From Candidatus Bathyarchaeota archaeon (GTDB lineage: Archaea > Thermoproteota > Bathyarchaeia > Bathyarchaeales > Bathycorpusculaceae): DNA of 64,000 bases. A program made the translations under genes and the position numbers. Location: contig CAWGZR010000005.1 in the NCBI GenBank assembly GCA_963827165.1, forward strand, positions 352,001 through 416,000. The letters are read 5' to 3'. The notes beneath the pieces are model-generated. The model was not told where the DNA came from. It saw nothing but the letters and a program-made list of their open reading frames with translations, and made no database searches. The number at the start of each line of letters is the position of its first letter. Position 1 is the stretch's first letter. Below, piece by piece: positions 40,182 through 49,766 of the stretch.

Positions 40182-40559
40182 TTAGAAGCTTTGTACTCTT
40201 TCCGCGGTTAAAGTTTCAACGATGTCGGTTGCTATCCCAACGATTGAATCCGCCTGTTTCATCATCGCGTCGCCGTTAACTTCTTCGAGCTGCTGCATTT
40301 GCTGGACAACAGACTCGATTTCCATTAGAAAACGCAGAATTGAATCGTTAGTTGCGGGATTTTTGAGGACTTCTTCCCGAATGAGGATTTCAATGAAGGC
40401 AGGTTCGCCTAAGCTGTAGTAAATGGCGTTTCGGGCTTTTCTGATTGCTTCCAAAACCAAGCCTGGAGCCATATACGGGATTTTTCGTGCTGCTTCTAGC
40501 TCGGCTTTTGCTTCGCGAAGGTACCGTAGAGCCCACCCTTTTCTGTAATCATCCATCAT
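40182..40559 (-). CDS. Hypothetical helical protein (HEPN-like)
   Basis: WALRYLREAKAELEAA...AIRKA..AIYY; all-helical pattern. Confidence 0.65.
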   Translation of the reverse strand: MMDDYRKGWALRYLREAKAELEAARKIPYMAPGLVLEAIRKARNAIYYSLGEPAFIEILIREEVLKNPATNDSILRFLMEIESVVQQMQQLEEVNGDAMMKQADSIVGIATDIVETLTAERVQSF

Positions 40560-40587
40560 AGGGGTTTCCCACTTTCAGAGGGATTCT

Positions 40588-40833
40588 TTAATCGGAATCT
40601 TCCTCTTCGTCTTCATCAGTTTCTATCGGTTCCGTTCCAGAATTGGCTTTAGCCAGCGCCAATGTACGTGTTATGTACCCAGCAATTTGATTTCTAACCC
40701 GCGTGGTTGTTCCCTGGGTTAAAGCGTCAACTTCGTGCTTGTTTTCGTCAAAGTTAGTGGTGAATTTTTCTGGAAACCGATGCATCAATTCTTTTCCAGT
40801 TCGTTTAACCTGGTCAGTCTTAACTTTTCCCAA
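40588..40833 (-). CDS. rps17e: 30S ribosomal protein S17e
   Basis: MGKVKT...FDENK...RNQIAGYIT. Confidence 0.95.
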   Translation of the reverse strand: MGKVKTDQVKRTGKELMHRFPEKFTTNFDENKHEVDALTQGTTTRVRNQIAGYITRTLALAKANSGTEPIETDEDEEEDSD

Positions 40834-40983
40834 ATCTCAATACCTCATGTAATCAACGTTATTGTTGTCCGACGCTTGAATGCGTAAGAGCAATTCCCAA
40901 TAGATGATTGGTTTAATTTAAGTTTACGCTTAATAGCGCTCGTTTAGCAGTGCCAAAATGCCATGCGAATATTCTAAGCGCGC

Positions 40984-41757
40984 CTAGTTTATTTTTGTGC
41001 TGAAGAAAACTTCAAAGTTCTCGATTATTTGCTCCGCAACCTCCTCGACCTGCATCTTCTTGATTTCAGAGACAGCCGCGACCACGTTGCCAATAAACGA
41101 AGGCTTAGTCAATTCTCCGTTGAAAGGGCGCTTATAATATTTGACTGGACCGTCCGTCTCGGTCAAGAATTGCGTTAGTTGTGCTTTCTCTATGACGTCC
41201 CGAATTCCCTGGGAGTATACTGCAGCGGGACCTTCCGTGATAAAGTACCCATTATCCATTGCTTTGGAGAGCGCGGTCAAAGGATAACTAAACCAGTGGA
41301 GCAAAACGTGTTTAAGTCGATAGGACGGGAGCATTTCTATTATTTTTTCTGTTGTGCCGCGGCTATGGATAATCACCGGGAGCTCGAGCGTTTCAGCAAG
41401 TCGTAGCATCTTGTCGAAAACCACCATTTGCTTTTCCCACACTGTTTCATACTTTGCGTCTAAACCGATTTCTCCTACTGCCTTGATGACGTTTTTGTTT
41501 TTCGTGATTAGTTCGATGATTTGCTCAAGCTCGCCTTCGCTGAGTACGTTTACATTCCATGGATGGACCCCCAAGGCAGGATAAACTAATCCGAGATATT
41601 CTTCTGCGAGTTTAAGGTCATTTTGGCAAGTTCTCAAATCCATCGAATTTGTAATCAACGCGGCTACGCCTGCAGCTTTTGCGTCGGCTATCAATTCTTC
41701 AATGTGACTGGTATACTCGGCATCTGAGAGGTGAACGTGTGCGTCAATCAGCTTCAT
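40984..41757 (-). CDS. tatD: TatD-family nuclease
   Basis: IDAHVH, GVHP, VGEIGLD, IIHSR, HWF and ETDGP. Confidence 0.92.
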   Translation of the reverse strand: MKLIDAHVHLSDAEYTSHIEELIADAKAAGVAALITNSMDLRTCQNDLKLAEEYLGLVYPALGVHPWNVNVLSEGELEQIIELITKNKNVIKAVGEIGLDAKYETVWEKQMVVFDKMLRLAETLELPVIIHSRGTTEKIIEMLPSYRLKHVLLHWFSYPLTALSKAMDNGYFITEGPAAVYSQGIRDVIEKAQLTQFLTETDGPVKYYKRPFNGELTKPSFIGNVVAAVSEIKKMQVEEVAEQIIENFEVFFSTKIN

Positions 41758-41915
41758 TTTTTCTCAGCATTTATTCTGCTATACAACATTCTTATAATTT
41801 TCTCAGCTTAATGCCTTAAGTTTTATATTAAATCAAAAGATAAAATAATCCGAATAATGCAAAGACAATAAACTTATATATAAAAAGCGTCTAAATTTTA
41901 AATACGGGTTTTTGA

Positions 41916-42134
41916 ATGAGTGAAAAACAGTTTTATGCAAGTAGCAACCAGATGGTTGCAATCATTTTGGATGTTTTGGGAATAATTTTAGTCCTCGTTG
42001 GAGCATCAATTGCGCGTGCCCATTCAGGTCAAGGAGTAGGATTAGGCATCTATTGGGTAGGTTTCATCCTGCTAATTGTCGCTCTGATAATATTTATCTG
42101 GAGCATGAGAAAGCCGCCAGTAGAAAAAACTTAG
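41916..42134 (+). CDS. Small two-TM hypothetical protein
   Basis: Two hydrophobic helices; AT-rich promoter upstream. Confidence 0.65.
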   Translation: MSEKQFYASSNQMVAIILDVLGIILVLVGASIARAHSGQGVGLGIYWVGFILLIVALIIFIWSMRKPPVEKT

Positions 42135-42399
42135 ACCCAAAAAAGCAAAACGGGAGCAATTCTCCCTATTTTCTTTTAATAATCGAAAAATCGCTGATTA
42201 TTTTTTGTCGTCCGTAAGATTTTTGAAAACAACTTTTTCTCTTAGCCTGCCTCGCACTTGTATCTCCTTTCTGCAAGTTCGAAATTGTATATTGTTCTCG
42301 AGTTTATTTTCGGCAGAGTTAGACGTTTTTTGGTTAAGCGATGGACCGCAAAGCCTAAATATTGCTTTAAAATGAAAAAGAGGCTGTGGAGAAGTCGAT

Positions 42400-42621
42400 A
42401 TGACCGAATTAGAAATAGCTGTAGCCCCCATGCACCGTTTATGTAAAAAAGCGGGTGCTGACAGAGTAAGTGAAGCAGCAGCAAAGGAACTCGCAAAGGC
42501 TCTCGAAGAAATCGGAGTAAAGATTGCAAAGGAATCACTGGATTTTGCGATGCACGCAGGAAGAAAAACCATCAAAGCGGAAGATATTGAAATCGCCGCA
42601 AGAAAAGTAATGGAAAGATAG
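42400..42621 (+). CDS. Archaeal histone (HMf-type)
   Basis: APMHRL.KKAGADRVS...A.HAGRKTIKAEDI. Confidence 0.95.
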   Translation: MTELEIAVAPMHRLCKKAGADRVSEAAAKELAKALEEIGVKIAKESLDFAMHAGRKTIKAEDIEIAARKVMER

Positions 42622-42717
42622 TTATCTTATAACAAAGTTCCTTCCTTTCTTCTTTTTTCGTAAGCTGTTGCCCTCGAGTTTCGGAAAAAAAGTTTTTGAT
42701 TAGAACTGCAAAAGTTT

Positions 42718-43470
42718 TTATACGGTTGCGGAGGAATCCCAAAGGAATTGGAAGTACTCGCGTGCAAATCCCACTAGCCCCACGTGATTACTCCATATGA
42801 CGAGGCTGGGCTTGTCTTCTCCAAGGAGCAGCATTGCTTCTTTACCGTCAGCGATAATTCCGCCGCCGAACATATGGTCGCGAATACGCAGTTCACCCAA
42901 AGCGTTATAATTTTTTAGGAAGAGCCAATCTTCTTTTTTACCTGCAGCCATAAGCTTGACATTAACGGTCTTCTTCAGGCCGCTTCCCAGCAGAGGTTCA
43001 GCCAACGCTATTACGGGTTTAGCAAATTCAGGTGCGGCAATCATGATTTCTTTGGTTGCTTTGCTCAGTACCTCTCCAAGCTTGCCTAAAACCGCTTGTT
43101 GGCCACGTAGAATCAGCATGTCGGGGCGCTCGATGAGTTCGCGTTTTTCGTAGAGGGGTTGAAGGGTTTCAGCGACTGTGTTTTCCCAAATTAAGTATTT
43201 GTCTTCAAGACGCAGTTTGGTTGATCTTGTTGCTTCGAGCGGTGGCACTGGGTAGTATTTGAAGGGTCGGGTTTCGCTACTTTTTATCCAGCCTTTTGCC
43301 TTGAGCGAGTTTAAAACTTCGTACATTTTGCTGTAAGGAACCTTGGTTTCCTGGCTGATTTCCATAGCCGTCATCTGCCCCACTTCCAGAAGTATCGTGT
43401 AAGCGTCGATTTCGTAGGCGTTCAAGCCCATTTCGCGAAGGGCGATTCGCGTGTTCTCGTTAATCGACAT
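42718..43470 (-). CDS. TrmB-family transcriptional regulator
   Basis: LREMGLNAYE...VPYSKMYEVLNSL..KGW...RPFKY plus a PLD-like C domain. Confidence 0.9.
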   Translation of the reverse strand: MSINENTRIALREMGLNAYEIDAYTILLEVGQMTAMEISQETKVPYSKMYEVLNSLKAKGWIKSSETRPFKYYPVPPLEATRSTKLRLEDKYLIWENTVAETLQPLYEKRELIERPDMLILRGQQAVLGKLGEVLSKATKEIMIAAPEFAKPVIALAEPLLGSGLKKTVNVKLMAAGKKEDWLFLKNYNALGELRIRDHMFGGGIIADGKEAMLLLGEDKPSLVIWSNHVGLVGFAREYFQFLWDSSATV

Positions 43471-43552
43471 TTTATCCCCTCAATCACCTTAGGAAACGTT
43501 TGGAAACCTTATTATCGTAACATTAGCTCTTAAGCACTTCGTAACCGCTTAG

Positions 43553-45061
43553 ATGTTAGAAGGCAAAAAGATGAAAGATATCAAACCGACAAAAAGCATC
43601 TGCCCTGAATGCCTAAAAGCTATTGACGCAACGATTTACGAAGACGACGGGAAAGTCTTCATCAAAAAAGATTGCTCCGAACACGGTCATTTCCAGGAAC
43701 TTTATTGGTCAGATTACGACCAATACAAGCGGGCAGAAAAATTCCGCTATGATGGCGACGGCATAGCTAACCCGAGAACCGAAAAGAAAAACGGGTGCCC
43801 CTATGACTGCGGCATTTGCCCCGAACATAAAAGTCACACGGCACTTGCAATAATCGACGTCACAAACAGGTGTAACCTAACTTGCCCCGTCTGCTTCGCT
43901 AACGCGGCAAAAGCAGGTTACGTTTACGAACCGACCAAAGAGCAAATCATAGGTATGCTTGAGAACCTTCGAGCCAATAAGCCGGTGGCAGCCACAGCTC
44001 TTCAGTTTTCAGGCGGAGAACCCACAATACGCAAAGAGTTGTTCGATTTTGTTCGGAAAGCAAAAGAACTCGGTTTCAGCCATGTGGAAGTTAATACGAA
44101 TGGACTTCGACTCTCGCAAAGCGTAGAATACTGTAAGCAACTCAAAGAGGCAGGAGTCAGCACCATTTACTTGCAGTTCGACGGTTTAACTCCTGAAGTT
44201 TACAAGTTCATACGCGGCGTAGACCTTTTGGAGATCAAGATGAAGGCAATCGAAAACCTTCGTGAGGCAGGGTGGGACAGCATAGTGCTTGTCGTCACAC
44301 TTGTCAAAGGTGTAAACGACGGGCAACTTGGTGACATAATCAATTTTGCCGCCAGAAACTTTGACATTGTAAGATGCATCAACGTTCAACCAGTAAGCCT
44401 CTGCGGAAGGCTGCCGCAAAACGAACGCGAAAGCATGCGCATCACGATTCCGGACTTCATGAAGAAAGTCGAAGAACAAACTAATGGATTAATCAAGGTT
44501 TCAGATTTTTACCCTGTGCCGACGGTGGTGCCAGTTTCAAAAGCAGTAGGTGCATTAAAGGACAGGCGATATTTGGAGTTCACTGCGCATCCTCACTGTG
44601 GCATGGCAACTTACCTTCTGATTGAAAACGGCAAGATAGTTCCAATTACCAAATACGGCAACATCGACAAGTTCATCGGAGTAATGAACAAGGTTTACGA
44701 AACAGCCTCGAAAGGCAGCAAAAACAAAGCCAAACTGCGCTTAGTCAGCTCTATGCGTTACATAAAATTCGGGTTCCTAAGAAAATACGTTTTAGGCGTC
44801 GTCACCAAAGGCGACTACGACTCATTGGGCGATTTGCAGAGGCAGTCGATTCTTCTTTCATCGATGCACTTCATGGACCCCTACAACTTTGACCTTGAAA
44901 GAGTACAACGTTGTCTGATCCACTACGCCGTGCCAGACGGACGGATCATTCCATTCTGCACCATGAACTCAATCCACAGAACAGAAGTAGAAAAGAAACT
45001 TGGCGTCCCACTTAAAGAGTGGAAAGAGCAACATAAAGTTGAAATAAGCCAGCCATTCTAG
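43553..45061 (+). CDS. tes: Tetraether lipid synthase (Tes/GDGT-MAS, MJ0619 family radical SAM)
   Basis: SICPEC...C.EHG, GCPYDCGICPEH, CNLTCPVC, FSGGEP, HPHCG and MHFMD.YNFD.ERV.RC.IHY..PDGRIIPFC. Confidence 0.9.
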   Translation: MLEGKKMKDIKPTKSICPECLKAIDATIYEDDGKVFIKKDCSEHGHFQELYWSDYDQYKRAEKFRYDGDGIANPRTEKKNGCPYDCGICPEHKSHTALAIIDVTNRCNLTCPVCFANAAKAGYVYEPTKEQIIGMLENLRANKPVAATALQFSGGEPTIRKELFDFVRKAKELGFSHVEVNTNGLRLSQSVEYCKQLKEAGVSTIYLQFDGLTPEVYKFIRGVDLLEIKMKAIENLREAGWDSIVLVVTLVKGVNDGQLGDIINFAARNFDIVRCINVQPVSLCGRLPQNERESMRITIPDFMKKVEEQTNGLIKVSDFYPVPTVVPVSKAVGALKDRRYLEFTAHPHCGMATYLLIENGKIVPITKYGNIDKFIGVMNKVYETASKGSKNKAKLRLVSSMRYIKFGFLRKYVLGVVTKGDYDSLGDLQRQSILLSSMHFMDPYNFDLERVQRCLIHYAVPDGRIIPFCTMNSIHRTEVEKKLGVPLKEWKEQHKVEISQPF

Positions 45062-45095
45062 ATGTGGAGAACAAAAAATTAAGGTGAAAAAATTC

Positions 45096-45422
45096 ATGGG
45101 TGGAAAAAAGAAACTTGGCATAAAGCAGATGGAGAAGCAGCAGGTCACGCAGGACGAATCCAAAGCGCAAGATAAGAAGAAAGAAAAAGCTGGGCCACCG
45201 AAAGAACGAAAAGCCGCCAGCATAGTCGCGCCCGACGCAAAAAATGATAAAATCGTCGCCGAAATCAAAAAGATGGGTGTTCTAACACCGTACGTAGTTG
45301 CAACCAAATACAACATCCGAATCAGCACGGCCAAAGACTTCTTAGAACAACTTGAAACCAACGGCGCAGTACAACTCGTCTCCGGAAGCCACAACCTCAA
45401 AATCTACAAGCCTGCAGCATAA
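45096..45422 (+). CDS. rps25e: 30S ribosomal protein S25e
   Basis: MGGKKK...LTPYVVATKYNIRISTAK..L..L...G. Confidence 0.88.
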   Translation: MGGKKKLGIKQMEKQQVTQDESKAQDKKKEKAGPPKERKAASIVAPDAKNDKIVAEIKKMGVLTPYVVATKYNIRISTAKDFLEQLETNGAVQLVSGSHNLKIYKPAA

Positions 45423-45482
45423 AACTTTCAACTTTTATCCTTTTAATTTTCTTAAATTAGAATCGCGGGAGTTTAGTTTTCA

Positions 45483-45965
45483 TTGACGGATTTTCCTGAA
45501 AGAGTTTACACCTCTGAAGAGGTAAAAATCGCTAAGGAATTAGTCGACCAAGGGCACAGACACAACATAATAGTTGAAGGATCAGCTGAGTTTAAGGACA
45601 AAATCAATCTGGTTCTTGAACTAATCAAGGCTGCGGGTTATTTGGATTTTTTTAGGGCATACATTCGAAAAATAATGGAAATCGACGGGTTAAGCCAACT
45701 TCGCGAAACGGAAGTGGCTATCTGGGCAAACAAATTTGCCGTTGAAAACACGGTGGATGCGGCGAGCCTGTTTGTGCAGAAGGCTTACAGCATGAAGGAA
45801 TACTTGGACGGGGAACTTTATTATGGTGGCAATGCGGAGAAACGTTCGGTTGCGAAGCGAGTCGAGTTTCTAAAGGCTCTAGGTGAGAATAGCAACGATA
45901 AATGTGTCAAAGAAGAATGTGAACGGCTCCTGCAAATGTGGAATGAAAGCTCGCTGGCTTTCTAG
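45483..45965 (+). CDS. Hypothetical protein
   Basis: 160-aa ORF with typical composition that fills the gap between neighbours. Confidence 0.7.
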   Translation: MTDFPERVYTSEEVKIAKELVDQGHRHNIIVEGSAEFKDKINLVLELIKAAGYLDFFRAYIRKIMEIDGLSQLRETEVAIWANKFAVENTVDAASLFVQKAYSMKEYLDGELYYGGNAEKRSVAKRVEFLKALGENSNDKCVKEECERLLQMWNESSLAF

Positions 45966-46369
45966 GTGCTTAGAAGTTCAACCCGAATTGTTATTCCGCT
46001 TTTGATTTGTTTGAAGACATCCAGATTATCGGTTATTTTGCCAAGAATACTCACAGGGCTGTAGGGCTGCGACTTCCCGTAGAAAACACATAGCGCGCTG
46101 CCCATAGGCCAAAAAGCAATGGTGCCGGTCTCAACAGTTGGCTTAGCTTTCTCTTCACCCATCTTCATTGGGATTTCAAAATAAACCTCTTCTTTCCACA
46201 GGGCGGCTCTGCCTTCAATCGGAAGCTTTCGTACAAGGAAATCTATGGTTCTAGGCGCCAAAAACCTGACCAATTCGCCTTCAGCATGACCCAAACCTTC
46301 AATTACAAACTTCACTTTTATCCGCGAAACATCTGCCGATTCAGTACTCAACTTATCATACACCTTCAA
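45962..46369 (-). CDS. Cyclophilin-like fold protein (TM1367/DUF369-like)
   Basis: APRT...LP......W.EEVYF...G.IAFWP.G..LCVFYG...P.SPV..LG. Confidence 0.85.
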   Translation of the reverse strand: MKVYDKLSTESADVSRIKVKFVIEGLGHAEGELVRFLAPRTIDFLVRKLPIEGRAALWKEEVYFEIPMKMGEEKAKPTVETGTIAFWPMGSALCVFYGKSQPYSPVSILGKITDNLDVFKQIKSGITIRVELLST

Positions 46370-46480
46370 ACAAAATCCAAGTGAACTGAATTTTCAGCCT
46401 CTTAATAATGCAACGTTCGATTTAACTGTTACAGTTTTCACCACTGGTGCTATGTGAAAATGGAGCCGGCGTTAAGCGGG

Positions 46481-47584
46481 TTACAGGAGGCTTAGGAGAG
46501 TTTTTCCTATGTAATCAACTTGTTCAGGTGTTACTGCAGGGTGAATTGGCAATGAGAAAACTTGTTTTGAGGCTTTGTCTGTTTCTGGCAACGGGAACCT
46601 TCCAAAGTTTTCCCGATAAAAAGGCATCAAATGAACAGGGTTGACGTAGTAGGCTTCGGCGCCGATTCCCTTCCTCTTGAGTTCCTCCAAAATCCTGTTG
46701 CGCTCCGCCTCAGAACCATCCTCAATTCTAGCTGTGTACAGATACCAACTATGAAGTCGATCTTTAGATTCATAAGGCAAAACGAGCCGGGGGCTTTTCT
46801 CCAGAAGTTTTGTCAGTTGAGCGGCGTTTCGCCGACGTTTATCCAAAAAAGAAGGTAGCTTTTCCAATTGCACGTTACCTATCGCCGCTTGCATTTCCGA
46901 CATACGATAGTTGTTGCCAAGAATCAGCGACGCATACTTGGCTTTTTCACCATGAGTTCGAATCATCCGCAAAGTCTCATCAATCTGATCATTATTCGTC
47001 GTTACTAAACCGCCCTCACCCGTGGTTATGTTTTTGCTTGCGTAAAGGCTCCAGCAAGCAGCATCCGCAAAGCTTCCCGCAGGTTTTCCAGCATAAGTTG
47101 CCCCGTGGGCTTGCGCGGCATCTTCAACAAGCGCCAAACCATGCTTTTCAGCGATTTCTCTGAGAGGTTTCATGTCCGCTGAAAAACCATAAAGGTCCAC
47201 AGGCAGAATAGCCTTGGTTTTCTTCGTTATCGAATTTTCCACTGCACCTGGTGAAAGATTATAGGTTTTTGCGTCGATGTCCACGAAAACTGTTTTGCCG
47301 CCTGCTAAAACAACTGCTTCTGCTGTGGCTACGAAGGTGAAGCTTGGCAGGATAACTTCGTCGCCGTGTTTTACGCCGCAAGCCATTATGGCCGAGTGCA
47401 AAGCAGCTGTGCCGGTGTTAACTGCCACGGCATGTTTCACTCCTGAAAATTTAGCGAAACTCTGCTCCAGCCGCGTAACTTCCGGACCTGCTCCAAGCCC
47501 GCTAATTAACATACCCGAACGCAGAACCTTTACTACTGCCTGAACCTCTTCTTCACCGATTAGCGGCTTGTTAATAGGTATCAA
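46481..47584 (-). CDS. DegT/DnrJ/EryC1/StrS sugar aminotransferase
   Basis: NTGTAALH, PSFTFVAT, EDAAQAHG, SLYASKNITTGEGG and GNNYRM. Confidence 0.92.
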   Translation of the reverse strand: MIPINKPLIGEEEVQAVVKVLRSGMLISGLGAGPEVTRLEQSFAKFSGVKHAVAVNTGTAALHSAIMACGVKHGDEVILPSFTFVATAEAVVLAGGKTVFVDIDAKTYNLSPGAVENSITKKTKAILPVDLYGFSADMKPLREIAEKHGLALVEDAAQAHGATYAGKPAGSFADAACWSLYASKNITTGEGGLVTTNNDQIDETLRMIRTHGEKAKYASLILGNNYRMSEMQAAIGNVQLEKLPSFLDKRRRNAAQLTKLLEKSPRLVLPYESKDRLHSWYLYTARIEDGSEAERNRILEELKRKGIGAEAYYVNPVHLMPFYRENFGRFPLPETDKASKQVFSLPIHPAVTPEQVDYIGKTLLSLL

Positions 47585-47663
47585 AGTGAAAGCCTCCCAA
47601 CATGAATAACTATAGGGCGGTTTATTTCAATTGCCCAAAATGACTGGTGTTTTAGCTTAATAA

Positions 47664-48800
47664 TTATTCTATCGTTATTTTATTTGTGGTTCCGTAATCA
47701 GCCACAACACTTATTTGGCGTGCCCTGAACCTCGCATCCAGTTCCGAGTCGCCGGTATCAACCCTTAAATTCTTTAACTTATCCAGCTTGCTTTTAGTCG
47801 CCGCCACCACAATGTTGTCCAAGCCCACTTGGCAAATTACTTTGGCGCTTATCTGTTGGTTTCCTCGTCCGAAAATGAAGCCTTGACCCCCAATCGGCGT
47901 AACAATAATCTGCGCAGCTGTTCCCTTTATTGCTTCGAGTATTTGTTTCTCGTTTACGTCGCGGCTAGTTATTTTCTTGTTTTGGAAAAGATCCACGCCG
48001 AGGAGAGTTTTTTTCTGATCTAAGAGGTCGCCGATTGTACGGGTTGTGGTTCCAGGTCCGATAATGTAGATGACATCTGGCTTCATTTCTTCTATAAGGT
48101 AGACTGCGATAGCCGCTTGGTTACGTACTTCGTTTTCGGTTATAGGGCTTTCAAGCTTATTCCCTTGGATCAAATGGGGCTCAAATGGACTCAGCATGTA
48201 ACCATATAGCTCCGCGGAAAGATGACCCTCTCTAAAGGCTTCCTCATCAATATCCATAACCTCGGCTTCCCGCAGCGGCAACCCGCCCCACAAGTACCCG
48301 ATAGCAACCCTTGCAGCAGCTTTAGGAGTTACCGCGAACAAGGCGCTATGCATTTTAACGCCTGTGGGAACTCCGAGCGTTGCAACGTTCATGCCAACTG
48401 CTTTTAGGAGGTCGCGAGCTGTTCCGTCTCCGCCACAGAAAACAAGCAAATCAACCCGCAGCTTCACCATCCCTGCCGATACATTTTGAGTATCTTCTGG
48501 TGCGGTTTCTTTTCTAACTTCGCCCGTAATTTGATAGGTAAAGCCGAGCTTCTTTGCTTCGGTTTCACCCATACACCCTGCGCCGACAACTAATCGAAGG
48601 CTTTCTTTAACGGGAACCAATCCGGCGAGGAAGGTTTCCGCTCGCTGCGATGCTATCGGTTTTGCACCCAAGTATATCGCTCGGGCCAGAATGTTTTTGC
48701 CATCTGTTCCTTTGAGTCCGACAGCGCCGCCCATTCCAGCAACTGGATTAACGATGACACCAACGGTCTTTTTAGGCAGATTTTTCTCGGGAACAGACAA
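47664..48800 (-). CDS. ATP-NAD kinase/AcoX-like family protein
   Basis: NPVAGMGG.VGLKGTDG, GGDGTARD, GVKMHS and GGQGFIFGRGNQQ. Confidence 0.88.
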   Translation of the reverse strand: MSVPEKNLPKKTVGVIVNPVAGMGGAVGLKGTDGKNILARAIYLGAKPIASQRAETFLAGLVPVKESLRLVVGAGCMGETEAKKLGFTYQITGEVRKETAPEDTQNVSAGMVKLRVDLLVFCGGDGTARDLLKAVGMNVATLGVPTGVKMHSALFAVTPKAAARVAIGYLWGGLPLREAEVMDIDEEAFREGHLSAELYGYMLSPFEPHLIQGNKLESPITENEVRNQAAIAVYLIEEMKPDVIYIIGPGTTTRTIGDLLDQKKTLLGVDLFQNKKITSRDVNEKQILEAIKGTAAQIIVTPIGGQGFIFGRGNQQISAKVICQVGLDNIVVAATKSKLDKLKNLRVDTGDSELDARFRARQISVVADYGTTNKITIE

Positions 48801-48981
48801 ATGGAACAGATCAATTTGTTATTAGGTTGTTAGAACAAAAAGAAAAACATGTCTATCTTTATTCTAAAAACCAAAAATAATTCCTGCTTGTTATTGCAAG
48901 CTCAGATAAACAAAAGAAACGTTGCAGCCAGTGTAATACTTTTATTAGCTTCCAAACCTCGTCCTTTGTAGCAGGCGTGAA

Positions 48982-49029
48982 TGGTTAAACCCATCAATTA
49001 ATCCGTACGCAACGCTAACGGTTTAACCA
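48982..49029. promoter_or_regulatory. Perfect 10-bp inverted repeat in the leader of the ferredoxin gene
   Basis: TGGTTAAACC (48982-48991) and GGTTTAACCA (49020-49029), with a 28-nt spacer. Confidence 0.45.
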
Positions 49030-49068
49030 CGAGATATTGAAATCAATTAATAGAGGTCTGGTCGTAAA

Positions 49069-49710
49069 ATGTCGGCAAGCTTCAAAAAAAGAAAGTTCGT
49101 ATCCGCTGACCCAAGCAAGTGTACAGGCTGCGGAGTCTGCGAACTAGCCTGCAGCCAAGAGAAAATGGAGGGCAGTCCGTTGCGTTCCAGAATCCGAGTG
49201 GTCCGCCTCTCACCCGTTTTTAACTTTGCTCTTGCGTGCCGCGCATGCGAAGACGCCAAATGTAAAAAAGTCTGTCCCGAAAAAGCAATTGAGCAGGATG
49301 AAAGCTCGGGGTTGCTGCTGATTGACGAGAAGAAATGCAAGGGCTGCGATTGGTGTGTTCAAGCTTGTCCGTACGGCTGCATAAGTATTCAAAGTAACAC
49401 AGGCGTGGCAACAGTGTGCGACTTATGCGGCGGCACTCCTCAATGCGTAGAATTTTGCCCTGAAGAAGCCTTGGAGCTTATCGATTCTGATGAGGCAGCA
49501 GCAAAACGTTTCAACGGCTCTGTGGAAGAATTGTCAAAGGAATTCAAACGACTGGCAACTTTAATCGACCAAAAGGATTTAACACCACTCGTAGCCAACG
49601 CAGAAAGAATATACGAAAAACTATCAGCCAAGCTTGTAGCCTTAGACGAGAAGGCTGGAAGGGAAAAAGAAGAAGATTCAAAGAAAAATCCTACTAAACC
49701 CAAGGCATAA
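49069..49710 (+). CDS. 4Fe-4S dicluster protein with helical C-terminal extension
   Basis: CTGCGVCELAC, CRACEDAKC..VCP, CKGCDWCVQACPYG and CDLC..TPQCVEFCP. Confidence 0.88.
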   Translation: MSASFKKRKFVSADPSKCTGCGVCELACSQEKMEGSPLRSRIRVVRLSPVFNFALACRACEDAKCKKVCPEKAIEQDESSGLLLIDEKKCKGCDWCVQACPYGCISIQSNTGVATVCDLCGGTPQCVEFCPEEALELIDSDEAAAKRFNGSVEELSKEFKRLATLIDQKDLTPLVANAERIYEKLSAKLVALDEKAGREKEEDSKKNPTKPKA

Positions 49711-49766
49711 GCCCACAAAATACTGAAATAAAGAAAAATTGTGGAAAGAAAAAGAAGATTTTGAGC

